From Squalus acanthias (lineage: Eukaryota), in assembly GCA_030390025.1 (NCBI GenBank), contig JASTWF010000034.1, forward strand, positions 5,704,001-5,768,000: a DNA stretch of 64,000 nucleotides, given 5' to 3'. Below, piece by piece: positions 54,113 to 64,000 of the stretch. The notes under the pieces were generated by a model. It searched no databases. It was given only the letters and a program-made list of their open reading frames with translations, and had not been told where the DNA came from. How positions within the stretch are numbered: position 1 is the first letter of the stretch; each line of letters opens with the position of its first letter. The translations under genes and the position numbers were made by a program.

Positions 54113-55136
54113 TTTCTCATCTACTCGTTGCCCCTTGGTGACATCATCCCAAAACACAGTGTCAGTTTACACATGTACGCTGACGACACCCAGCTCTAAC
54201 TCACTACCTCTTCTCTCGACCCCTCCACGGTGTCTAAATTGTCAGACTGCTTGTCAGAGATACAGTTCTGAATGAGCCAAAAGTTTCTCCAATTATATAT
54301 TGAGAAGACCGAAGCCATTGTTTTCGGTCCCTGCCACCAACACCGTTCCCGAGCCACTGACTCCATCCCTCTCCCTAACATCTGTCTGAGGCTGAACCAT
54401 ATTGTTCGCAACATTGATTTAATATTTGACCCTGAACTGAGCTTCCGACCACATATCCGCAGCATAACAAAGGCCGCCTACTTCCACCTCCGTAACATCG
54501 CCCGTCTCCGCCCTTGCCTCATCTCATCCGCTGCTGAAACCCTCATCCATGCCTTTGTTACTTCTAGACTTGTCTATTCCAACGCACTCCTGGCTGGCCT
54601 CCCACATTCCACCCTATGTAAACTTGAGGCCATCCAAAACTCGGCTGCCCGTGTCCTAACTCGTACCAAGTCCCGTTCACCCATCAACCCTGTGCTCGCT
54701 GAACTACACTGGCTCCCGGTTAAGCAGCGCCTCGATTTAAAAATTCTCATCCTGGATTTCAAATCCCTCCATGGCCTCGCCCCTTCCTATTTCTTATCTC
54801 CTTCAGCCCCACAAACCTTTGAGATATATGCGCTCCTCTAATTCTGCCCTCTTGAGCATCCCTGAATATAATCGCTCAACATTTGGTGGCCGTGCCTTCT
54901 GCTGCCTGGGCCCTAAGCTCTGGTATTCCCAATCTAAACCTCTCCGCCTCGCTACCTCTCTTTCCTCCTTGAAGACGCTCCTTAAAACCTACCTCTTTGA
55001 CCAAGGTTTTGGTCACCTGCCCTAATTTATCCTTATGTGGAACGGTGCCTATTTTGTGTCTTAAACTCCTGAGCAGCGACTTGGGACGTTTTACTACGTT
55101 AAAGGCGCTATATAAATACACGTTGTAGTTGTTGTT
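54113..55136 (+). mobile_element. L2-clade LINE, 5'-truncated, with 3' end
   Basis: [65 protein letters not shown]; ends …GTTAAAGGCGCTATATAAATACACGTTGTAGTTGTTGTT. Confidence 0.93.
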
Positions 55137-55377
55137 CAGGTGGTTTTAAAATGGAAGTGGTAACCAATTCACCGAGGAACAAAGGCACTGTTGATTGATA
55201 AATAGGACATGAAAACTAATAAAATGGTTGCAGCGCAGGACCTACTCCTGATCTTATTTATCATTTTATTCAGAACGTTGCAATTATTTGTACAAATGGA
55301 CATATTAATCATAGAGGGGAAACGAGCTACAGTTATTTAAATTTGACTTGAAAAATAATACACAAGTGCATAAAGTT

Positions 55378-58300
55378 AGTTAATTGTTAAATTGGGTATG
55401 ATAACCAATACACAGGGTGAAACTGTCACAGTTAATTGTTAAATTGGGTATGATAACCAATGCAGAGGGTAAAACTGTCACAGTTAATTGTTAAATTGGG
55501 TATGATAACAATACACAGGGTAAAACTGTCACAGTTAATTGTTAAATTGGGTATGATAACCAATACACAGGGTAAAACTGTCAGTTAATTGTTAAATTGG
55601 GTATGATAACCAATACACAGGGTAAAACTGACACAGTTAATTGTTAAATTGGGTATGATAACCAATACACAGGGTAAAACTGTCAGTTAATTGTTAAATT
55701 GGGTATGATAACCAATACACATGGTAAAACTGTCAGTTAATTGTTAAATTGGGTATGATAACCAATACACAGGGTAAAACTGTCAGTTAATTGTTAAATT
55801 GGGTATGATAACCAATACACAGGTTGAAACTGTCAGTTAATTGTTAAATTGGGTATGATAACCAATACACAGGGTAAAACTGTCAGTTAATTGTTAAATT
55901 GGGTATGATAACCAATACACAGGTTGAAACTGTCAGTTAATGGTTAAATTGGGTATGATAACCAATACACAGGTTGAAACTGTCAGTTAATTGTTAAATT
56001 GGGTATGATAACCAATACACAGGGTAAAACTGTCAGTTAATTGTTAAATTGGGTATGATAACCAATACACAGGGTAAAACTGTCAGTTAATTGTTAAATT
56101 GGGTATGATAACCAATACACAGGGTAAAACAGTCAGTTAATGGTTAAATTGGGTATGATAAACAATACACAGGGTAAAACTGTCAAAGTTAATTGTTAAA
56201 TTGGGTATGATAACCAATACACAGGGTAAAACTGACACAGTTAATTGTTAAATTGGGTATGATAACCAATACACATGGTAAAACTGTCAGTTAATTGTTA
56301 AATTGGGTATGATAACCAATACACAGGGTAAAACTGTCACAGTTAATTGTTAAATTGGGTATGATAACCAATACACATGGTAAAACTGTCAGTTAATTGT
56401 TAAATTGGGTATGATAACCAATACACAGGGTAAAACTGTCAGTTAATTGTTAAATTGGGTATGATAACCAATACACAGGTTGAAACTGTCAGTTAATGGT
56501 TAAATTGGGTATGATAACCAATACACAGGTTGAAACTGTCAGTTAATTGTTAAATTGGGTATGATAACCAATACACAGGGTAAAACTGTCAGTTAATTGT
56601 TAAATTGGGTATGATAACCAATACACAGGGTAAAACTGTCAGTTAATTGTTAAATTGGGTATGATAACCAATACACAGGGTAAAACAGTCAGTTAATGGT
56701 TAAATTGGGTATGATAAACAATACACAGGGTAAAACTGTCAAAGTTAATTGTTAAATTGGGTATGATAACCAATACACAGGGTAAAACTGTCACAGTTAA
56801 TTGTTAAATTGGGTATGATAACCAATACACAGGGTAAAACTGTCAGTTAATTGTTAAATTGGGTATGATAACCAATACACAGGGTAAAACTGACACAGTT
56901 AATTGTTAAATTGGGTATGATAACCAATACACAGGGTAAAACTGTCAGTTAATTGTTAAATTGGGTATGATAACCAATACACAGGGTAAAACTGTCAGGT
57001 AATTTTTAAATTGGGTATGATAACCAATACACAGGGTAAAACTGTCAGTTAATGGTTAAATTGGGTACGAAAACCAATACACAGGATAAAACTGTCAGTT
57101 AATTGTTAAATTGGGTATGATAACCAATACACAGGGTAAAACTGTCACAGTTAATTGTTAAATTGGGTATGATAACCAATACACAGGGTAAAACTGTCAC
57201 AGTTAATTGTTAAATTGGGTATGACAACCAATACACAGGGTAAAACTGTTAGTTAATGCTTAAATTGGGTAACATAATCAATACACAGGTTAAACCTGTC
57301 ACAGTTAATTGTTAAATTGGTTATGATAACCAATACACAGAGTAAAACTGTCACAGTTAATTGTTAAATTGGGTATGATAACCAATACACAGGGTAAAAC
57401 TGTCAGTTCATTGTTAAATTGGGTATGATAACCAATACACAGGGTAAAACTGTCACAGTTAATTGTTAAAGTCGGTATGATAACCAATACACAGGGTAAA
57501 ACTGTCAGTTAATTGTTAAATTGGGTATGATAACCAATACACAGGGTAAAACTGTCACTGTTAATTGTTAAATTGTGTATGATAACCAATACACAGGGTA
57601 AGACTGTCAGTTAATTGTTAAATTGGGTATGATAACCAATACACAGGGTAAAACTGTCACAGTTAATTGTTAAATTGGGTATGATAACCAATACACAGGG
57701 TAAAACTGTCACAGTTAATTGTTAACTTGGGTATGATAACCAATACACAGGGTAAAATTGTCAGTTAATTGTTAAATTGGGTATGATAACCGATACACAG
57801 GGTAAAACTGTCACAGTTAATTGTTAAATTTGGTATGATAACCAATACACAGGGTAAAACTGTCATAGTTAATTGTTAAATTGGGTATGATAACCAATAC
57901 ACAGGGTAAAACTGTCAGTTAATTGTTAAATTTCGTATGATAACCAATACACAGGGTAAAACTTTCACAGTTAATTGTTAAATTGGGTATGATAACCAAT
58001 ACACAGTGTAAAACTGTCACAGTTAATTGTTAAATTGGATATGATAACCAATACACACGTTAAAACTGTCACAGTTAATTGTTAAATTGGGTATGATAAC
58101 CAATACACAGGGTAATACTGTCACAGTTAATTGTTAAATTGTGTATGATAACCAATACACAGGCTAAAACTGTCACAGTTAATTGTTAAATTGGGTATGA
58201 TAACCAATACGCAGGGTAAAACTGTTAGTTAATTGTTAAATTGGGTATGATAACCAATACACAGGGTAAAACTGTCACAGTTAATTGTGAAATTGGGTAT

Positions 58301-58600
58301 GATAACCAATACACAAGGTAAAACTGTCAAAGTTAATTGTTAAATTGGGTATGATAACCAATACACAGGGTAAAACTGTCACAGTTAATTGTGAAATTGG
58401 GTATGATAACCAATACACAGGGTAAAACAGTCAGTTAATTGTTAAATTGGGTATGATAACCAATACACATGCTAAAACTGTCACAGTAAATTGTTAAATT
58501 GGTTATGATAACCAATACACAGGGTAAAACTGCCGCAGTTAATTGTTAAATTGGGTATGATAGCCAATAAACAATGGTGTAAAGTTAATTGTTAATTCTT
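55378..58600. repeat. AT-rich 50/52-bp satellite GTTAATTGTTAAATTGGGTATGATAACCAATACACAGGGTAAAACTGTCA(CA), ~63 copies
   Basis: 50-bp period visible from 55681; ±CA length variant. Confidence 0.98.
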
Positions 58601-58616
58601 AAATTGGAAATAAGCA

Positions 58617-58890
58617 AAACACAACAACAACTTATATTTATAAAGCGCCTTTAACGTAGTAGAACGTCCCAAGACGCTTCACAGGAGTGCTATCAAACAA
58701 CATTTGACATCGAGCCACATAAGGAGATATTTGGGCAGATAACCAAAAGCTTGGTCAAAGAGGTAATTTTTAAGGTGCGTCTTGATGGAGGAGAGAGAGG
58801 CAGAGAGGTTTACGGACAGAATTCCAGAGCTTAGGGCCCAGGCAGCTGAAGGCATGGCCACCAATGGTGGAGTGATTAAAATCAGGGATA
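58617..58890 (-). mobile_element. L2-clade LINE 3' fragment
   Basis: Reverse complement resembles 54860-55136 (AAAGGCGCTTTATAAATATAAGTTGTTGTTG tail; LKNYLFDQAFG). Confidence 0.88.
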
Positions 58891-59135
58891 CATTGAGAGG
58901 GACATTGAGAGAGACATTGACTGAAACATAGAGCGAGACATTGGGAGGGTCATTGAGCGGGCCATAGAGAGAGTCAGACAGACACAAAGAGAGAAATAGA
59001 AACAAAGAGAGTGGGCAGATTGAGAGATAGAAATAGAGAGACAGAAAGTCTGGGGGAGAGCCACAGACAGCCAGAGAGAGACAGACAGGCTGAGAGAGGC
59101 AGAGGGAAGAGAAAGTCAGGGCTAGATATTGAGAG
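58890..59135. repeat. Degenerate 12-bp repeat (GGGACATTGAGA) followed by GA-rich low-complexity sequence
   Basis: Repeated ACATTGA and (GA)/(GACA) runs. Confidence 0.75.
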
Positions 59136-59139
59136 TTAG

Positions 59140-60600
59140 AAAATAGGAACATATGAAATAGGAGCAGGAGTAGGCCATTTGGCACATCGATCCTGCTCCG
59201 CCGTTCAATAAGGTCATGGCTGATCTTCTACCTCAACTCCACTGTCCTGAACTATCCCCATAACCCTTGATTCCCTTAATATTCAAAAATCTTTCAATCT
59301 CTGTTTTGAATATACTCAACGACTGAACATCCACAGCCCTCTGGGGGAGAGAATTGCAAAGATTCCCCACCCTCCGAGTGAAGAATTTTCTCCTCATCTC
59401 GGACCTAACTGGCCGACGTCTTTTGCTGAGACTATGACCCCTTGTTCTAGACTCCCGAGCCAGGGGAAACATCCTCCCTGCATCTACCCTGTTAAGCCCT
59501 CTAAGAATTTTATATATTTCCATGAGATTACCTTTCATTCTTCTAAATTCTAGAGAACATAGGCCTAGTCTACTCAATCTGTTCTCAGAGGACAATCCCC
59601 CCATCCCAGGAACCAGTCTGGTGAACCTTCCTTGCACTCCCTCTTTGGCAATTATATCCTTCCTTCGGTCAGGAGACCAAAACTGTACACAGTACTCCTG
59701 GTGTGGTCTCACCAGGGCCTTATATAATTGCAGTAAGACGTCTTTACTCTTATGCTCAAATCCTCTTATAATAAAGGCCAACATACCATTTGCTTTCCTA
59801 ATTATTTGCTGTACCTGCATGTTACCTTTCAGTGATTCATGTACAAGGACACCCAGGTCCCTCTGAACACCAACATTTCCCAATCTCTCAACATTTAAAA
59901 AATACCTTGCTTTACTATTTTTCCTAACTGCACATTTCTCCACATTATATTCCATTTGCCATGTTCTTGCCCATTCACTTAGCCTGTCTATATCCCCTTG
60001 AAGCCTCCTTGCATCCTCCTCACAACTTACATTCCCACCCAGCTTTGTATCATCAGCAAACTTGGATATATTGCATTTGGTCCCCTCATCCAAATCATTG
60101 ATATATATCGTAAATAGCTGTGGCCCAAACACTGATTCTTGCAGTACCCCACTAGTTACAGCCTGCCAAACCGAAAATGACTCGTTTATTGCCATTCTCT
60201 GTTTTCTGTCCGTTAACCAATCCTCAACCCATGCTAGAATATTACCCCCAATCCCATTTTGTTTAATAACCTCTTGTGCGGCCCCTTATCGAATGTCTTC
60301 TGAAAATCCAAATCCACCACATCTACTGTCTCCCCCTTATCTGTTCTGCTAGTTACAACCTCAAAAAAACTCTAACAAATTTGTCAAACACGATTTCCCT
60401 TTCATAAATCCGTGTTGACTCTACCCAATCCTATTATAATTTTCTAAGTGCCCTGTTACTACGTCCTTAATATATTTTAGCATTTTCCCTACTACTGATG
60501 TCAGGAAAAGTGGTCTGCAGTTCCCCGTTTTCTCTCTCCCTCCTTTCTTAATTATTGGGGTTACATTTGCTACATTCCAATCCGCGGCAAACGTTCTAAA
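59140..60600 (-). mobile_element. CR1 LINE, 5'-truncated, RT plus C-terminus and 3' tail
   Basis: ORF 59233-60195: VTSGVLQESVFGPQLFTIYINDLD, FADDTKLGG, EYCVQFWSP, GIKGYG; tail …GGCCTACTCCTGCTCCTATTTCATATGTTCCTATTT. Confidence 0.94.
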
Positions 60601-60649
60601 ATCGATGCAATTTATGGAATTTCATCTGCCATCTATTTTGTTTTTCTTT

Positions 60650-62305
60650 TTTATTCATTCATGGGCTGTGGTCATCGCTGGCACGCCTTGCATTTATTGG
60701 CCATCCCTAGTTGCACTTGAGAAGGTGGTGGTGAACCGCTGCAGTCGGTGATGGAAAGGCGCTCCCACAGTGCTGTTATGGAGGGAGTTGCAGGATTTTG
60801 ACCCAGCGACAATGAAGGAATGGTGATATACTTCCAAGTCAGGATGGTGTGTGACTTGGTGGGGAAGTTACAGGTGATGGTGTTCCCATGCTCCTGCTGT
60901 CCTTGTCCATCTAGGTGGTAGAGGCTGCATGTTTGGGAGGTACTGCCGATGAAACCTTGGCAAGTTGCTGCAGTGCATCTTGTAGATGGTACAAACTGCA
61001 GCCACGGTGCGCCCGTGGTGGAGGGAGTGAATGTTTAAGAACATTACATAAGAAATAGGAGCAGGAGCAGGCCTCCTCTGTTCCAAGGAAAACAAACCCA
61101 GCTTATCCCAGTTAATATTGGGGTAGTTCAAAACTCCTACTATTACTGCCATATAGTTTTTGCACTTCTCAGAAATGTGTCGACATATTTGCTCTTCTAT
61201 CTCCCTCTCACTGTTTGGGGGTCTATAGTACATTCCCAGCAGTGTGGTCGCCCCTTTTTTGTTTTTCCATTCGACCCATATGGACTCGTTTGATGATCCC
61301 TCCAACATATCATCTCTCCTCACAGCTGTAATAGTTTCTTTAATCAATACCGCGACACCCTCCCTTTTTAGCACCCTCTCTACCCCTTTATGGTGATGGA
61401 TGGGCTCCCAATCAAGTGGGCTGCTTTGTCCTGGATGATGTCGAGCTTCCTGAGTGTTGTTGGAGCTGCACTCATCCAGACAAGTGGAGAGTATTCCATC
61501 ACACTCCTGACTTGTGCCTTGTAGATGGTGGAAAGGATTTGGGGAATCAGGAGGTGAGACACTCGCCGCAGAATACCCAGCCTTGACCTGCTCTTTTAGC
61601 CACAGTATTTATGTGGCTGGTCCAGTTAAGGTTCTGGTCAATGGAAACCCCCAGGATACTGATGGTGACGGATTTGGCGATGGTAATCCCATTGAATGTC
61701 AAGGGGATGTGGCTCTTGTTGGAGATTGACATTGCCTGGCACTTGTTTGGTGTGATTATTACTTCCCACTTATCAACCCAAGGCTGAATGTCATCCAGGT
61801 CTTGCTGCATGCGGGCATGGACTACTTCATTATCTGAGGAGTTGTGAATAGAACTGAATACTGAGCAATCATCAGCGAACATCCCCACTTCTGACCATAG
61901 GATGGAGGGAAGGTCATTGATGAAATAGCTGAAGATGGTTGGGCCGAGGAGACTGCCCTGATGTACTGCTGCAGCGATGTCCTGGGGCTGTGATGATTGA
62001 CCTCCAAAAACCACAACCATCTTCCGTTGTGCCGGGTATGACTCGAGCCAGTGGAGAGTTTTCCCCCTGCTTTCCATTGCCACAATTTTACTGGGGCTCC
62101 TTGATGCCGCACTCAGTCCAATGCTGCCTTGATGTCAAGGGCAGTCACTCTCTCCTCACCACTGAAATTCAGCACCTTTGTCCATGTTTGGACCAAGGCT
62201 GTAATGAGGTCTGGAGCCGAGTGGTCCTGCCGGAACTCAAACTGGGCATCGGTGAGAAGATTATTAGTGAGTAAGTGCCACATAATAGCACTGTCGACGG
62301 CACAT
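60650..62305 (-). mobile_element. Second CR1-group LINE family (Zenon-like motifs), 5'-truncated, split by a nested insertion at 61040-61386
   Basis: AQFEFRQDHSAPDL, VTALDIKAALD, QGSLLGPTIF, MFADDCSV, TIYKAQVRSVMEYSPLVW, NIHSLHH. The Zenon label is from motif memory and is tentative. Confidence 0.8.
61040..61386 (-). mobile_element. Nested mini-CR1: APE fragment + short C-terminal piece + 3' tail
   Basis: GVAVLIKE…ESIWVE…YYRPPNS…NYPNINW joined to DKLGLFSLEQRR, then to GGCCTGCTCCTGCTCCTATTTCTTATGTAATGTT. Confidence 0.85.
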
Positions 62306-62390
62306 TTAATCAATTTGCTCAGTTCACCAGTCTGTCTATGTCCTCCTGAAGCCTACTACTATCCCGCTCTGTGTGTATATAAAAGTCTAT

Positions 62391-62995
62391 ATCATTAATG
62401 CATATCAAAAAGAGCAGTGGTCCGAAGAGCGACCCCTGGGGGATACCACTGTACACTTCCCTCCAGTCTGCACAACAACCGTTCACCACTACTCCCGGTT
62501 TTCTGTCCCTTAGCCAATGTCAGATCCCCACTGCCACTGTCCCTTTGGTCCTATCAAGTCTATTCAATTGCACTTCATCAAATGCATTTTGAAAGTCCAT
62601 ATACACAACATCAACCGCACTACCCTCATCAAACATTTCCGTTACTTCATCAAAGAATTTAATCAAGTTTGTCAGACACACTTTGCCGCTAATATATCCG
62701 TGCTGGTTGTCATTTATTAATGCATGTTTTTTCCAAAGACAGATACTTTTCTCTGTGAATATGGCCTCTAGAAGTTTCCCCACCACTGACGTGAGGCTGA
62801 CTGGCCTGCAGTTACAGGGTTTATCCCTCTCTCCTTTTTTAAGCAGGGTGTAACATTTGCAACCCTCCAGTCCTCTGGCTCCACTCCCATTTCCGAGGAT
62901 GATTGAAATATTCTGGCCAGAGCCTGTGCTATTTCCACCATTCCTTCCCTCAGCAATCCTCATACTTCCCATCCGGAGCGGGTAAATGTTCTACT
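62391..62995 (-). mobile_element. CR1 RT fragment of a subfamily similar to the satellite parent
   Basis: PEDWRVANVTP, CRPVSLTSVVGKLLE, CLTNLIKFFDEVT, MDFQNAFD, NGCCADWREVYSGIPQGSLFGPLL. Confidence 0.9.
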
Positions 62996-63027
62996 TTACT
63001 GTGGTATAAAAAGTGTTGGATTGAAAG

Positions 63028-63180
63028 GGGTTAACTGAAGCTGTTTGTTCAGTGAGTGTAATTAATGTCCGTCTCCACGGGTTAACTGAAGCTGTTTGTT
63101 CAGTGACTATAATTAATGTCAGTCTCCACGGGTTAACTGAAGATGTTTGTTTAGTGACTGTAATTAATGTCTGCCTCCAT
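63028..63180. repeat. 51-bp tandem repeat, 3 copies
   Basis: TTAACTGAAG at 63031, 63082 and 63133. Confidence 0.93.
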
Positions 63181-63353
63181 GGACTCTAATTGTATTAGTG
63201 CAGGGTTTCCCTCTTCTATTAATAAGGGACTCCTTTCAATGTGTTATCCATAGTGTCAGTGAGAGCATCACCTCCGGCACTGACAGGGATCAGCGCGCTG
63301 CTCCACAGAGAGGGAGTCGGAATCTGAGAACAGTAGATTGGAATGTTACAACA

Positions 63354-63534
63354 ATGGATCAGAATCTGAGAGCAGTAGATTGGAATGTTACAACAATGGA
63401 CAGGAGTTTCAGCTCGCAGTTTGACTTTCTTTCAGCAAATTATGATTGGCTGCCATTAGACTGGCGGATAGAGTTGGTGCTTCAGATTATCCAATACTTT
63501 TACTATCCCCTCCTTGCTGCTGTTGGGGTTCCTG
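63354..63534 (+). CDS. Probable first coding exon of a GPR139/GPR142-like class A GPCR (N-terminus and start of TM1)
   Basis: ACAATGG start; MDQNLRAVDWNVTTMDRSFSSQ…IIQYFYYPLLAAVGVP; NVT sequon; strong donor CCTG|GTAAGT at 63534/63535 (phase 1). YYP-x-LAAVGVP matches what I recall of chondrichthyan GPR139-like receptors. Alternative ATG at 63396. Exon 2 is not in the window. Confidence 0.7.
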
Positions 63535-63689
63535 GTAAGTGTCTCTAACCAACTATTAACTCTGCAAACCTTTGCTAACTGTATTACTATTCTTCATTCT
63601 TTGCTGCTGTTGGTGTCGTTGGTAAGTCTCTTTCTCCAGAAATTGGGTCTATAAATCACGTTTCACTGTATTACTGTTTGTTATTTAAA

Positions 63690-64000
63690 TCTTGGGAAGA
63701 GCGAAGCCATTGTGTTCGGTCCTGGTCACAAACTCCATTCTCTATCTACCGATTCAGTCCCCCTCCCTGGTCAATGTCTGAGGCTGAACCAGGCTGTTTG
63801 CAACCTCTGCGATCTCTTTGTCCCTGAGCTGAGTTCCGATCTCATATCCTCTGAATCACCAGTCCTGCCGACTGCCACCCCCAAAATTTCACCCATCTCC
63901 GTTCCACCTCAGCCCTTCCACTGCATAAACCCTCATCCGTGCCTTTGCTAAATCCAGACTCGACTATTCCAATGCTCCCCTGGCCGGCCTCCCAGTAACA
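63690..64000 (+). mobile_element. L2-clade LINE fragment in the presumed intron
   Basis: GKSEAIVFGPGHKLHSLSTDSVPLPGQCLRLNQ…, similar to 54300-54600. Confidence 0.85.

Noticed and set aside
63005..63012. TATAAAA as the GPCR promoter
   Set aside because: About 350 bp from the ATG in AT-rich sequence, with no start-site evidence.

Overview
Eukaryotic, repeat-dominated window, most likely a cartilaginous fish (inferred from remembered shark-type CR1 tails, a 67-bp tandem repeat and a GPR139-like exon; not database-checked). About 44 kb (1-13278, ~19960-49014, ~51949-53720) is a 47-bp tandem satellite, roughly 900 monomers by length/47. Its minus strand encodes WREVYSGVPQGSVLG, the conserved QGS motif region of a CR1 LINE reverse transcriptase. 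At ~53720 the array runs directly into the upstream part of a decayed CR1 RT (…KSCLTKLIESFDEVT…FDKV…NWIRDRKHRIVLNGC), so it appears to have amplified in place from inside a retrotransposon ORF. The array has higher-order structure marked by five copies of one ~250-bp SINE/CR1-tail insertion, and it hosts a near full-length CR1 ORF2. The rest of the window holds a 500-N gap, an internally deleted RTE LINE, several CR1, L2 and Zenon-like fragments, four other tandem repeats (31, 67, 50/52 and 51 bp) and the probable first coding exon of a GPR139-like GPCR. The very long minus-strand ORFs (up to 2072 aa) are a by-product of a stop-free monomer. There is no CRISPR array and no prokaryotic system.
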